Part shown: in pieces, positions 38,580 through 49,125 of the stretch
How positions within the stretch are numbered: the stretch's first letter is position 1
Layout of the letters: the number at the start of each line of letters is the position of its first letter
Source of the DNA: Spirochaetia bacterium
GTDB lineage: Bacteria > Spirochaetota > Spirochaetia > SZUA-6 > Bin103
Assembly (NCBI GenBank): GCA_965208575.1
Contig: CBDBOV010000006.1
Coordinates: 192,001 to 256,000, forward strand
Direction: 5' to 3'
Length of the DNA stretch: 64,000 nucleotides
Translations under genes and position numbers: made by a program
The notes under the pieces: model-generated
Seen by the model: only the letters and a program-made list of their open reading frames with translations
Databases searched by the model: none
What the model was told of the DNA's origin: nothing

Positions 38580-39947
38580 TCAACCGGCCCCGCCCGCCAC
38601 TGCAGGCTTCCGATACGGGGCCGTCAACTCGTAGTTCAGTTCGGCGGCGGCCGCGTCGAATTCGTTCTTCAGGCGCCGCACGAGGTCGGGGTGCGCGTCG
38701 GACAGTTCGCGGCGCTCGCCCACCTCCTGCCGCAGATTGTACAGCAGCGGCGGGTCGTACTCGGTGACCGGCGCATCCGCGCCGGTGATCGGGTCGCGCA
38801 GCATGTCGTTGCTGCGCACGTGGATCTTGTAGTCGCCGGAGCGGTAGGAGAACGGCTCCAGGTAGTGGCCGCTGGAGAAGAACAGGTAGCTGGTACGCGG
38901 GCTGGCGGCGCCGGCGAGCAGCGTCTCCGACAGGTCGAGCGAGTCGAGCGGGTAGCCGGTAGGCGGCTCCGCGGAAGGCGCCTCGACGCCCGTGATCGCC
39001 GCCAGCGTCGCGTACAGGTCCACGTTGACCATGAACGCATCGCTCACGCCCGGCGCGATTCGCCCCGGCCAGGAGAAGATCGCCGGCACCCGCGGCCCGC
39101 CCTCCCAGCCGGTGCCCTTCTCACCGCGCAGCGGCCCCGCCGAGCCGCCGAACTCCCGGAACATGCACCACGGCCCGTTGTCGCTGGTGAACAGGATCAA
39201 CGTGTCCTCGCGCAGTCCCTGCTCGTCCAGGCAGCGCACGATCTCGCCCATCGACCAGTCCAGCTCCTCCACCACGTCTCCGTACAGCCCCGCCCTGCTC
39301 CTGCCGGCGAACGGCGGCGCCGAGAACAGCGGCACGTGCGGCATGTTGTGCGCGAGGTACAGGAAAAACGGTGTGCCCTCGCTCCGTGACTCGGTGATGA
39401 ATCGGATCGCCTCCTCGGTGTAGCGGCGGGTAAACAGCGACTGCCGCGCAGGGTGTTCGATCTCGTCGCGGTTGCGCAGCAGCGCCACCGGCCAGTCGCT
39501 TTCTTCGCGCGCGGTGCGAAACGTCTCGTAGTTCTGATGCTGGCCGTGCACGGTGATCGGATCGTTGCTGCCCTGGGTGCCGTAGAAATAATCGAAGCCC
39601 TGGTCGAGCGGATGCAGCCCCGCCGCCATGCCGAGGTGCCACTTGCCGATCAGCGCCGAGGCATAGCCGCGCCGGCCAAGCATCTCCGGAAGCATCGTGC
39701 GCGAACGCAGCAGGTCGGGGTTGCTCACGCCGCCGCGGCACGGGTGCACCCCGGTCATCAGCCCCTTGCGGCTCGGCATGCACCACGCCGCCGACGCGTA
39801 GAAATCGGTGCAGCGCAGCCCGCCGGCGGCCAGCGCATCCAGATGCGGGGTGGCGATCACGTCGTTGCCGTAGCAACCCAGGTCGCCGTAGCCCAGATCG
39901 TCGCACAACACGACGATGATGTTCGGAGTGCTCATGGGGGCCTTCAT
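38580..39947 (-). CDS. Arylsulfatase
   Basis: PNIIVVLCDDLGYGD, CMPSR..LMTG formylglycine motif, GKWHLG, SDNG. Confidence 0.93.
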   Translation of the reverse strand: MKAPMSTPNIIVVLCDDLGYGDLGCYGNDVIATPHLDALAAGGLRCTDFYASAAWCMPSRKGLMTGVHPCRGGVSNPDLLRSRTMLPEMLGRRGYASALIGKWHLGMAAGLHPLDQGFDYFYGTQGSNDPITVHGQHQNYETFRTAREESDWPVALLRNRDEIEHPARQSLFTRRYTEEAIRFITESRSEGTPFFLYLAHNMPHVPLFSAPPFAGRSRAGLYGDVVEELDWSMGEIVRCLDEQGLREDTLILFTSDNGPWCMFREFGGSAGPLRGEKGTGWEGGPRVPAIFSWPGRIAPGVSDAFMVNVDLYATLAAITGVEAPSAEPPTGYPLDSLDLSETLLAGAASPRTSYLFFSSGHYLEPFSYRSGDYKIHVRSNDMLRDPITGADAPVTEYDPPLLYNLRQEVGERRELSDAHPDLVRRLKNEFDAAAAELNYELTAPYRKPAVAGGAG

Positions 39948-40492
39948 GGCACCGGATCGGGCGGCGTGGCAACCCCGGCGGCGCGCAGTGCCGCGCACCA
40001 CTCGGCGACCGCCGCGGCGCGGGCACCGGGCTTGTTCCAGTGCAGCGGACGCGGACTGGTCGACGGCAGCGCCGCCGGCTCCACCCCGAGCGCCGCAAAG
40101 TGGCGGCGCCACTCGCTCCCGCGCCGCCCGTTGAGCAGGATCGGAAACGGTCCGCGCTCACCGAACAGCGCACCAACCGGATTCGGCTGCGCATCGCGGA
40201 TGGCGTCGTCCCCCGACCCGGGCCGCCGCACACGCGCATACAGATCCCAGACCGCCAGTCCACGCGCCCGCACCGCCTCGGTCCGCTCCGCGTACGGCGC
40301 CGCGGCATCGGCAACCACCCCGCAGGCGGCGAGCACGCGCCAGAACCAGTTGTGCGGATTCCCGTAATACTGCTGCGTCGCTAGCGAAGCCACGCTCGGA
40401 AACGAACCGAGCACGAGAGCCCGGATCGGCCCGTCGGGAAGGATGGGCGGCAGCCCGTGCAGCAGTGGCGATGAAACCGGTGCGGCCCTCAT
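39944..40492 (-). CDS. DNA-deoxyinosine glycosylase (UDG family 6-like)
   Basis: LGSFPSVASL..QQYYGNPHNWFW, LPSTSP. Confidence 0.88.
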   Translation of the reverse strand: MRAAPVSSPLLHGLPPILPDGPIRALVLGSFPSVASLATQQYYGNPHNWFWRVLAACGVVADAAAPYAERTEAVRARGLAVWDLYARVRRPGSGDDAIRDAQPNPVGALFGERGPFPILLNGRRGSEWRRHFAALGVEPAALPSTSPRPLHWNKPGARAAAVAEWCAALRAAGVATPPDPVP

Positions 40493-40574
40493 TTGGTGGC
40501 TCGAAGATGCCGGCCCCGGACCATCCCCGTGCGTCGATGTTCGTCGTCCGAATCAGGGCGTGACCGCTGCACGG

Positions 40575-42359
40575 CTACTCCACCGCGTCGCAGTATGCCA
40601 ACTCCCAGCCGTGGAACACGACCGCCAGGCCCACGAACCGAACCCCCGGAAACTGCCGCTCCAGACGCTCGTCCGCCAGGTAGCGCCGCAACTGCGTCGT
40701 CGCTGCGTCTACCGCCGCTGCCACGGCCGCCCCGTCCGCGGGCTCGCTGCGCGCCATGTACTTCAACTCGATCAGGTAGCCGACCCGCAGGTGCGGAAAG
40801 CGCGCCAGCAGCGGCTCCAGGCAGATGTCCGCGTGACCTGGCCAGTCGGTTGGCACCGACGTGGCTTGGCCGAGCTCCGCCTCGGAGCGGAACACGTAGT
40901 AGTCGGTCACGCTCAGGTACGCCGCCAGGAACCCCTGCACCACCTTCTCCCCGGCGATGTAGTCGCGAATCCCCGTCTGCCGCGCAATCGCCTCGCCCAG
41001 GAACTCCAACGCCGGCCGCCACTCGCCCTTGTTCGCCATCCGCATCATCAACTGTTCGAATCGGTACAGGTCGACACTGAACACTTCCACGTCCCGGTAG
41101 CCGTCGCGCAGATAGCCGTACATGAGCTGCTTCACGGTCTGATTGGGAATCGCCAGCCGCAGCGCGCCGTCCACCACTTCGCGAATGCTCAACAGCCCGA
41201 AGTAGTGGAGCAGCGACATGAAGTTTGGCCGGTCGCTGAGCCGCTTCACCGGGAAGCTCGGCTGAATGCGCAGCACGTCCTTCTGTCCCTCGCCGATCAC
41301 CTCCCGCAGCAGGTCGAAGTTGCCGTTGAGCCGCCGCCCCACCACCAGCAGGTGGCGCAGCTTGTCGTAGTCGATGCGCACGTTGGTGTCGATCAGGTAG
41401 TCCGGCACATCTCGGTTCGGCATCGACTCGGCCAGGTAGTAGAGCACCATGTCGGAGTTGTAGAGATCGGTTTCGGCTGCCTTGGCGAATCGGTAGCCAT
41501 TGTACCACTCGCCCATGAGCGCCATGGCCTCGTCCACGTCCTGATCGAACACGCCGTGCTCCCGGTAGGTCTCGACCAGGCGGCGCACCTCCGCGTCGGT
41601 GAAGCCGACCATCTCGTTGAAGTCGGGGTGCAGGCTGATGTTCCTGCCGATGTTGAAGCCGCTGGTGACGTCGTCCATGGTGACGGGCGACACGCCGGTA
41701 ATGAACAGACGCGCGATGCCGCCGCCGCTGCGGTCGGTGCCACCCTTGAGCGTGGCGAAGAAGTTGCGAAAGAAGCCGCCGCCGTGGGTGACGTCATGGT
41801 ACGCCTCCGTGCCGTGGTGCGCCAGCACCGTGTTGGCGAAGTTGTCGTACTCGTCGATCAGCACGTACAGCGGCACGTCATGGTCGCCCGCGTACCGGAA
41901 CAGCTCGGACAGCTTGCCGGCGATCGAGGGCGGCGCCAGGATGTCCCGCACCGCCGCCGCGGGAAACAGGTCGGGATGGCGCCGCAGCGTGCCGCGGAGC
42001 TCTATCATGCAGTAGGTCTCGAACTCCCGCTCCAGCGTTTCCAGCTTGTCGTTGACCATCGAGAAGTTGAAGCGCAGGGTGACGTAGCGGCTCTGTTCCC
42101 CGGTCGGCTCGCGCCCGATGTCGGTGCCGGCGAAGGTCGCGTCGAAGTCGCGTGCCCAGAAGCGGTCGTAGTAGTTCTCCAGCAGCGAGATCCACAGCGT
42201 CTTGCCGAACCGCCGCGGACGGATCAGGAAGGCGTAGCGCTCCTGCTCCAGGCGCCGCAGGAAGCGGGTCTTGTCGACGTACAGCCACCGGTTCAGGCGG
42301 ATACGCCTGAAGTCGCCCTCGCCGTACGGAATGCGCGGGTATACAGGAGCTTCGTGCAC
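40575..42359 (-). CDS. AAA-ATPase-like + PD-(D/E)XK nuclease protein
   Basis: IPYG..DF..IR...YVDKT, RPRRFGKT, LIDEYD, SGFNI, GHADI...IELKY. Confidence 0.92.
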   Translation of the reverse strand: MHEAPVYPRIPYGEGDFRRIRLNRWLYVDKTRFLRRLEQERYAFLIRPRRFGKTLWISLLENYYDRFWARDFDATFAGTDIGREPTGEQSRYVTLRFNFSMVNDKLETLEREFETYCMIELRGTLRRHPDLFPAAAVRDILAPPSIAGKLSELFRYAGDHDVPLYVLIDEYDNFANTVLAHHGTEAYHDVTHGGGFFRNFFATLKGGTDRSGGGIARLFITGVSPVTMDDVTSGFNIGRNISLHPDFNEMVGFTDAEVRRLVETYREHGVFDQDVDEAMALMGEWYNGYRFAKAAETDLYNSDMVLYYLAESMPNRDVPDYLIDTNVRIDYDKLRHLLVVGRRLNGNFDLLREVIGEGQKDVLRIQPSFPVKRLSDRPNFMSLLHYFGLLSIREVVDGALRLAIPNQTVKQLMYGYLRDGYRDVEVFSVDLYRFEQLMMRMANKGEWRPALEFLGEAIARQTGIRDYIAGEKVVQGFLAAYLSVTDYYVFRSEAELGQATSVPTDWPGHADICLEPLLARFPHLRVGYLIELKYMARSEPADGAAVAAAVDAATTQLRRYLADERLERQFPGVRFVGLAVVFHGWELAYCDAVE

Positions 42360-42703
42360 AGCCGGAACCTTGCGGCCGTCACTCTATCGTTTTCCGGGAC
42401 GGGCGCTCAACGGCGTGCGCGCGGCGGGCTCGCGGCGGGCGCTCGTGGCGGCGCTCAAGAAGTGCCAATTCGCAACTACCGGATCTGTCGACAGTCGGAC
42501 CTTATGACGATCGTCCCGCCCTTCGCCGGCCTCGCCGGCCCTCAACTCGGCGCCGACTCAGCGCGTGGCTCAGCGGCTTCGCCGGCGAAGGAGTCGCTCA
42601 AGCGGCGGCGCCCTTGAGCGGCGCGTAGCCGGCGTGCGACGACAGCCCGGCACCCCGCCGGAACACGCCCATCGAAGACCGCGAAACCAAGTATATTCGC
42701 GGT

Positions 42704-43231
42704 ATGAGCGCCACGGCGGTCCGGGATCGGTTCTGGTTCCTGGTCATCGGCATCATGAGCGCCGTGGGCGTTGCCGCGGTCGTGTTCGTGCTGACCGGAC
42801 CGCGGCTGGTGTCAGGGCCGGACGTGTCGGCCCTGCCGGCGGTGAACACCGCGTGGAACGCCGCCGCCGCCGTGCTGCTCGTGGCCGCGCTGGTCGCCAT
42901 TCGCCGCCGGGCGGTGCCGGTGCACCGCGCGCTGGTGCTGTGCGCGTTCGCAGCGTCGGCGCTGTTTCTGGCCGGCTACCTGCTCTACCACTCGTTCAGC
43001 GACGGGCCGGAACGCTACGGCGGCCCCGTCCCCTGGCTCTACTACGCCATCCTGATCAGCCACATCATCCTGGCGGTCACCATCGTGCCCTTGGCGCTGG
43101 TGACCCTGCGCCTCGGCTGGACCTTCCATCCGAAGCACCGCGCCGTCGCCCGGGTCACGTTCCCGATCTGGCTGTACGTTTCGGTAACAGGCGTGCTGAT
43201 CTTCGCCTTCCTGCAATGGCTCGACGGATAG
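42704..43231 (+). CDS. DUF420 membrane protein
   Basis: LPAVN, HR, LISHIILA, HRAVARVTFPIWLYVSVTGV. Confidence 0.88.
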   Translation: MSATAVRDRFWFLVIGIMSAVGVAAVVFVLTGPRLVSGPDVSALPAVNTAWNAAAAVLLVAALVAIRRRAVPVHRALVLCAFAASALFLAGYLLYHSFSDGPERYGGPVPWLYYAILISHIILAVTIVPLALVTLRLGWTFHPKHRAVARVTFPIWLYVSVTGVLIFAFLQWLDG

Positions 43232-43243
43232 GAGGCCACCTGC

Positions 43244-43684
43244 TTGCCATCGGACTCTCCCGGCACCTATGTCGGTGCCTATGCGTTGTGCCGCGATCCC
43301 TCCGGCCGCCTGCTCCTGGTGCGCATGGCGCGCGGGCTGGACGGAGGACGCTGGACACTGCCCGGCGGCGGGGTCGAGTGGGGCGAGCACCCCGACGCGG
43401 CCGTGGTGCGCGAGCTGGAGGAAGAGACGGGCATATCGGACGTCCGCGGCGTGCAGGTCGCCGCGATCTATTCCCACGTTTACGAACGGACGGGGCAGCG
43501 GCCCTACCCTCGTGTCCACTACGTCGGCATCGTCTACGACGTTACTCCGGGGCGGTTCGACCTTCGTGGCGAACAGGACGGCTCGACCGATCGGTGCGAG
43601 TGGTTCACCGAAGCCGAGGCGCGCGCCCTGCCGCTGGTGCCGCTGGCGCAGTTCGCGGTCAACCTCACTTGGCCGGCGTCGTAG
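43244..43684 (+). CDS. NUDIX hydrolase
   Basis: LPGGGVEWGE....AVVRELEEETG Nudix box. Confidence 0.92.
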   Translation: MPSDSPGTYVGAYALCRDPSGRLLLVRMARGLDGGRWTLPGGGVEWGEHPDAAVVRELEEETGISDVRGVQVAAIYSHVYERTGQRPYPRVHYVGIVYDVTPGRFDLRGEQDGSTDRCEWFTEAEARALPLVPLAQFAVNLTWPAS

Positions 43685-43693
43685 CGGCTGCAG

Positions 43694-44683
43694 TCATTCC
43701 GTGCTTCGGGCAGGCGCCGGCAGCCGGTAGACGCGGCGGGCGGTGCCGCTGAACAGGGCCTCCTTGTCGGCCTCCGAGAAGCCGGCGGTGATCAGCTTGA
43801 AGGCGTTGTACAGCACCGGGTAGGAGACCGACACCTTCTCCACCGGGAAGTTGCTCTCCAGCATGCAGCGTTCGGTGCCGAAGCAGTCGATGGCGTGGAG
43901 GTAGTACTCGCGCTGGGCGGCGGCGAACTCCTGCGCCGTGACCGGCTCGTCGCGGCGATCCCAGCCGAAGCCGTTGTCGGCCATCGCCATGCCGCCGAGC
44001 TTGGCGAACACGTTGGGAAGGGCGGCGGCGGCGGCCATGTCGCGCTTGGATTGCGCGAGGATCTCGGCGCGCCGCTCCCGGTAGCGGCCGACGCCGACCG
44101 GGGTGCCGAAGTGATCGAGGATGCATACGGTATCGGGCGCACTCTTCGCCACGGCGATGAAGTCGGCCATCTGGTAGTGATAGTGCCAGCTCTCCCAGGT
44201 GAGGCCGCGCCGGCCGAGCAGCCGCACGCCGGCCTGGAACGGCTCCTCGTGCGCCAGGCCGGCGCGCGCCGGGCCGGGGGAGTTCTCGGTGCCGGGGCGG
44301 TGGTCGCCGCGAGCGAGCGCGTGCCGGATGCCGCGAAAGCGGCCGTCGCCGGCTGCCTCGTGGGCGTCCAGCACCTCCGGCACCAGGTCGCCCGCCGACA
44401 GGTCGGCAAAGGACACGATGCCGGCGATCTCCGGCCCGCCGGCGGCAACGGATGCGCGCGCCTCTTCGGCCACCCACTCCGTCTCGCCGACCGGGCGCAG
44501 GTGGTCGGGGCCGCCGCCCCGGTAGGCAGCGCCGCACTCCACGAACACGGTCTGCACGACGTCGTGCCCGGAGCGCAGGTCCTCGTACAACTCCGCCAGC
44601 GCGTAGGCGGCGCGCCGGCCGTTCGGCCACAGGTGGTGGTGTGGGTCGACGATCTGTCGGCCCGGATCCAGTATCTCGCTCAC
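43694..44683 (-). CDS. Amidohydrolase_2 family protein
   Basis: IVDPHHHLW, TVFVEC, LDHFG, ESNFPV; GTGA-coupled. Confidence 0.9.
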   Translation of the reverse strand: MSEILDPGRQIVDPHHHLWPNGRRAAYALAELYEDLRSGHDVVQTVFVECGAAYRGGGPDHLRPVGETEWVAEEARASVAAGGPEIAGIVSFADLSAGDLVPEVLDAHEAAGDGRFRGIRHALARGDHRPGTENSPGPARAGLAHEEPFQAGVRLLGRRGLTWESWHYHYQMADFIAVAKSAPDTVCILDHFGTPVGVGRYRERRAEILAQSKRDMAAAAALPNVFAKLGGMAMADNGFGWDRRDEPVTAQEFAAAQREYYLHAIDCFGTERCMLESNFPVEKVSVSYPVLYNAFKLITAGFSEADKEALFSGTARRVYRLPAPARSTE

Positions 44684-45675
44684 GCTCCGTGTCCCCCATC
44701 CTTGTCGAGCGGGCGGCCGGGCAGCGAGCGGCGCCCGTGCACGGCGTCCCAGCGTTCCTGCACGTCCTGCAGCAGGCGCATGGTGGGCAGCACCGCCCGC
44801 CCCGTGACGACCGGCTTGCGGCCCTGCTCCAGCGCGGCCACGAAGTCGCGCGTGCAGCGCGTGCAGTTGTCCTGCTCGCTGTCGATGCGCTCGGTGCCGG
44901 CGCCGGTGGTCAGCGTGCCCTCCAGGATGTTCAGCCGGTAGGAGTCGCGGTCGGTGACGATCATGGTGTCGTAGATGCGTTCGCGCGAGTAGTAGGAGCC
45001 GGAGCACAACAGGCTCTGGTCGGTCTCGGTCTCGACCAGCAGCACCACCTCCATCGGGATGCCGGTGTGCGGATCGGGCGCGGGCATGAAGTGGCTCACG
45101 GAACGGATCGGCGCGCCTTCGACCGCCAGCATCCACAGCCCCAGGTCAAGCAGGTGGGTGGTGTGGTGCCACAGCAGGTTGTCGATCCAGCTCCGGTGGT
45201 AGCCGGTGGCGCCCACGTTCTTGAGGCGGTGGATGAAGAACCGCCCATGGATGTGGCGGATGTGCTCGTCGCCGTTTGCCAGCCGCGCGCGCAGCGGCGC
45301 GCGTTCCTTCCGGAACCGCATCGGGTGCACCACGCCGAGCGTGAGTCCGCGGCCCGCCGCCTCCGCCACCACCCGCTCGGCGGCCGCGTAGCTCATCGCG
45401 ATCGGAATTTCCACCAGGGTCGGCTTGCCATGCGCCAGGCACTGCAGCGCCATGTCGGCGTGCAACTCGCTCGGGCTGGCCACGATCACTGCCTCCACCG
45501 CCGGGTCGGCCAGTGCCTCCTGCAGGTCGACGCTCCAGCGCCGGTACCCGTAGCGCGCAGCGAACTCGGCCGTCGGCTCCGGCCGCCGCCCCACCAGGAA
45601 GTAGCGCTCCTCCGCGGCCAGCGCCTCCGAGTGCCACACCCCCATCATCCCGTATCCCACCACGCACACGTTCAT
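44680..45675 (-). CDS. Gfo/Idh/MocA oxidoreductase
   Basis: MNVCVVGYGMMG, ASPSELH, LVEIP, WHHTTHLLD. Confidence 0.9.
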   Translation of the reverse strand: MNVCVVGYGMMGVWHSEALAAEERYFLVGRRPEPTAEFAARYGYRRWSVDLQEALADPAVEAVIVASPSELHADMALQCLAHGKPTLVEIPIAMSYAAAERVVAEAAGRGLTLGVVHPMRFRKERAPLRARLANGDEHIRHIHGRFFIHRLKNVGATGYHRSWIDNLLWHHTTHLLDLGLWMLAVEGAPIRSVSHFMPAPDPHTGIPMEVVLLVETETDQSLLCSGSYYSRERIYDTMIVTDRDSYRLNILEGTLTTGAGTERIDSEQDNCTRCTRDFVAALEQGRKPVVTGRAVLPTMRLLQDVQERWDAVHGRRSLPGRPLDKDGGHGA

Positions 45676-45735
45676 ACCATTCAGCCTACGCCAACAACCG
45701 CCGCCTGTCATAGCTCCTGGCCCATTACAAGCGTA

Positions 45736-46314
45736 ATGACGCGACCTGCTTATCATCCGAGCCCCACAAATGGGACCGAATACGGACATGCTGTCTCCGT
45801 TAAACCCGAAGACATTGATTTTCAGCGTATTGCCGCGGAAGAAACTGACTACGAGAGTGCACCTCCAGTGTACCATATTAACACCTATCCGGCAGATTTT
45901 ACTCTTGAAGTCCTACACAGCAAATGGACTTCCGGAGAAATCGAGATACCACCCTTCCAACGGCAGTTTGTCTGGAAACAAGTGCAATCAAGCAAGCTCA
46001 TAGAATCGTTTCTCATAGGCCTTCCGGTTCCTGCTATATTTCTTTACACACAGCGCGCGTCCCAGCGGTTCCTGGTGATAGATGGACAACAACGCCTCCA
46101 AAGTATATTCTATTACTTCGATGGCTTTTTCGGGACAGAACAGCGAGGCAAGCGAACTGTATTCAAACTAAGCGGATTGAGCGAAGATAGCAAGTATTTT
46201 GAGAATCTCGTAGAGAACCAAGAGTTCCTCCAATACGTCAATGTTGGAACGACCGACGAAGAAGTCGTTCACAGCCGATTTCAATGGGCAGAGAAGGGGC
46301 TGTTCTCGAAATAG
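45736..46314 (+). pseudogene. DUF262 (GmrS-like) protein, apparently internally deleted
   Basis: PPFQRQFVW, SKLIES..IGLPVP, VIDGQQRL; FxRLN motif absent; lower GC. Confidence 0.75.
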
Positions 46315-46683
46315 CATCCAATGCGATGCTGTTAAGGTGGCTCTGCTTCTCGACTGACGCACGTCGGCCGGTCGCAGAGCACTTGACCATCTGCGTGTCT
46401 GGCGGGAGCTGGGAAAGGCGCGCGATCGGAGCAGAATCAAGAGCTGCCTCCGTGCGACGATCAAGCCGAACGCTCATGAGCGTCGTACCATCGCCGCTGT
46501 GCATCGTACGTTCCGGCCTTCTGGAGGAGGAGATTCGCAGCTCCGTTGTTTCCTTGCGCTTTGTCAATATCCGTGGCACGATCTGCATAGTGGACGGAGC
46601 CAAGGTCATCGATCCCCACGTGAAGACGCTCCATCGGCGAGTGGCGGCGGAGCCGGTGCTGATCGTGTGCAAGGCCGGCTAAG

Positions 46684-47679
46684 ATGGCTCAGTACATCAG
46701 CCGCCGGCTGCTCAACATGGTGATCACGCTGGCCCTTATCTCGGTCATTTCGTTCGCCATCATCCAGTTGCCGCCGGGAGACTACCTCACCAGCTACATC
46801 GCGCAGTTGCGCGCGGCCGGCGAGGAGGTGAACGAGGAACTGATCGAGAGCCTGCGCATGCAGTACGGGCTCGGCAAGACGCCGGTGCAGCAGTATTTCA
46901 AGTGGGTGTGGAACTTCGTGCGGGGCAACATGGGCCAGTCGTTCATCTACGACCGCCCGGTGAACGACCTGATCTGGGAGCGGCTCGGGTTGACCTTCGT
47001 GATCGCCACCGCCTCGCTGGTGTTCACCTGGCTGCTGGCGCTGCCGATCGGCATCTACTCCGCGGTGCGGCAGTATTCGTTCGGCGACTACCTGTTCACG
47101 TTCCTGAGCTTCATCGGCCTGGCGGTGCCCAACTTCATGCTCGCACTGGCGCTGATGTTCGCCGGCTTCAAGTGGCTGGGCCTGGACGTGGGCGGCCTGT
47201 TCTCGGTCGAGTACGAGAGCGCGCCGTGGTCGATCGCCAAGTTCGTGGACCTGCTGGAGCACCTGTGGGTGCCGACCGTGGTGCTCGGCACCGCCGGCAC
47301 CGCGGCGCTGGTGCGCATCATGCGCGCCAACCTGCTCGACGAGCTGCGCAAGCTGTACGTAATCACCGCGCGCGCCAAGGGCGTCGCCGAGCGGCGCCTG
47401 ATCATCAAGTACCCGGTGCGCATCGCCCTCAACCCGTTCATCTCGTCGGTGGGCTGGATCCTGCCCACCCTGATCTCCGGCGCCACCATCACCGCCATCG
47501 TGCTCAACCTGCCGACCACCGGGCCGATGCTGGTCGACGCCCTGCTGCAGCAGGACATGTTCCTGGCCGGCAGCTTCATCATGATGCTGTCCACCCTCAC
47601 CGTGATCGGCATGCTGATCTCGGACGTGATGCTGGTGCTCGCCGATCCGCGCATCCGCATCGGCATGGCCAATGAGTAA
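46684..47679 (+). CDS. ABC permease (DppB-like)
   Basis: IQLPPGDY, YVITARAKG, DPRIR. Confidence 0.93.
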   Translation: MAQYISRRLLNMVITLALISVISFAIIQLPPGDYLTSYIAQLRAAGEEVNEELIESLRMQYGLGKTPVQQYFKWVWNFVRGNMGQSFIYDRPVNDLIWERLGLTFVIATASLVFTWLLALPIGIYSAVRQYSFGDYLFTFLSFIGLAVPNFMLALALMFAGFKWLGLDVGGLFSVEYESAPWSIAKFVDLLEHLWVPTVVLGTAGTAALVRIMRANLLDELRKLYVITARAKGVAERRLIIKYPVRIALNPFISSVGWILPTLISGATITAIVLNLPTTGPMLVDALLQQDMFLAGSFIMMLSTLTVIGMLISDVMLVLADPRIRIGMANE

Positions 47680-48817
47680 CGTGGCCGATCCCGCTCTCAC
47701 GGTGGAGGCGGCGGAGCGCGAGGACGCCCGCGACATCGCCTACGCCTCGCAGTGGCGGCTGGTGTTGATCCGCCTGCGCCGCCACCGCCTGGCGGTCGCC
47801 TCCGGCATCGTGCTGGCCGCGCTCTACCTGATGGCCGCGTTCGCGCCGTTCCTGAGCCCGCACGACCCCACCGAGAAGAGCCTGGAATACCGCGAGGCGC
47901 CGCCGCAGCGGCTGCACTTCTTCAGCGACCGGGGATTCCACCTGCCCCCGGCGGTGTACCCGTTCACCGCCACCACCAACCGGGTCAGCTTCAAGCGCGA
48001 CTACCACGAGGACCGCACGCAGCCCTACCCGCTGCGGCTGTTCGTGCGCGGCTACCGCTACCAACTGCTGTTCGTGTTCGAGTCCGACATCCACCTGTTC
48101 GGCACCGGCGTGCCGGAGGTGCCGGTGCACCTGCTCGGCACCGACCACCTGGGCCGCGACATGCTGGCGCGGATCATGTACGGCGCCCAGATCTCGCTCT
48201 CCGTGGGCCTGGTCGGGGTGGCGATCAGCTTCATCCTCGGCATCCTGATCGGCGGGCTGGCCGGCTACTTCGGCGGCTTCGTGGACGAGGCGGTGCAGCG
48301 CGTGGTGGAGGTGCTGCTGTCGATCCCGCAGTTGCCGCTGTGGATGGGGCTGTCGGCCGCGCTGCCGCTGTCGTGGCCGGTGGTCAGGATGTACTTCGCC
48401 ATCACCGTGATCCTGTCACTGGTGGGCTGGACCCGGCTGGCGCGCGAGGTGCGCGGCAAGTTCCTGTCGCTGCGCCAGGAGGACTACGTGGTAGCCGCCC
48501 AGGTGGCCGGCATGCGCGACCTGCCGATCATCCTGCGCCACATGGTGCCCTCGTTCCTGAGCCACATCGTGGCATCGCTCACGCTCAGCATCCCGCTGAT
48601 GATCATCGGCGAAACCTCGCTGTCGTTCCTGGGCCTCGGCATGCAGGCGCCGGCGATCAGTTGGGGCGTGCTGCTGCAGAGCGCGCAGAAGGTGCAGACC
48701 CTGGAGCTGGCGCCGTGGCTGATGATCCCGGCCCTGTACGTGATCGTGACCGTGCTCGCCTTCAACTTCCTCGGCGACGGCCTCCGCGACGCCGCCGACC
48801 CCTACGGCCAAACCTGA
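47672..48817 (+). CDS. ABC permease (DppC-like)
   Basis: GTDHLGRD, ETSLSFLGLG, GDGLRDAADPY. Confidence 0.93.
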   Translation: MSNVADPALTVEAAEREDARDIAYASQWRLVLIRLRRHRLAVASGIVLAALYLMAAFAPFLSPHDPTEKSLEYREAPPQRLHFFSDRGFHLPPAVYPFTATTNRVSFKRDYHEDRTQPYPLRLFVRGYRYQLLFVFESDIHLFGTGVPEVPVHLLGTDHLGRDMLARIMYGAQISLSVGLVGVAISFILGILIGGLAGYFGGFVDEAVQRVVEVLLSIPQLPLWMGLSAALPLSWPVVRMYFAITVILSLVGWTRLAREVRGKFLSLRQEDYVVAAQVAGMRDLPIILRHMVPSFLSHIVASLTLSIPLMIIGETSLSFLGLGMQAPAISWGVLLQSAQKVQTLELAPWLMIPALYVIVTVLAFNFLGDGLRDAADPYGQT

Positions 48818-48951
48818 TCCGACGTGGCCGCATGCACCTCCCCAACCGCCGACCGTGCTCCCGTGTGCTTCTCCCGTGCACGTTCTTGACGACCCTGAGA
48901 GGGCGACGTATCTTCGTTTGTGAGACGCGATCTTGTATTGCCCTCTTTCCG

Positions 48952-48984
48952 AAGCCCGTGCTCTGGCGCGGGCTTTCGTGTTTC
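48952..48984 (+). terminator. Possible intrinsic terminator
   Basis: aagcccgtg-ctctgg-cgcgggctt followed by a T-rich tail. Confidence 0.4.
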
Positions 48985-49125
48985 TGGAGGCCGACGAGGG
49001 ACTCACTTCGCCTATCTTCACGAATTCGGACACACCGGCCCCGTCGTAAGCCGGCAACCCCCACATACCCACGCCCGGTCGGGTAAGCTACCCCGTGCTA
49101 TGGGGAGAAAAGTCGCGAACCCCCG

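Noticed and set aside
42360-42700. Structured RNA or tRNA in a GC-rich intergenic gap
   Set aside because: Only short GC hairpins; no cloverleaf or recognisable riboswitch
44452-46314. Apparent 620-aa DUF262 fusion
   Set aside because: N-terminal part is antisense to the oxidoreductase gene
46574-46588. Sigma54 promoter tggcacgatctgca
   Set aside because: GG-to-GC spacing is 8 nt, not the required 10
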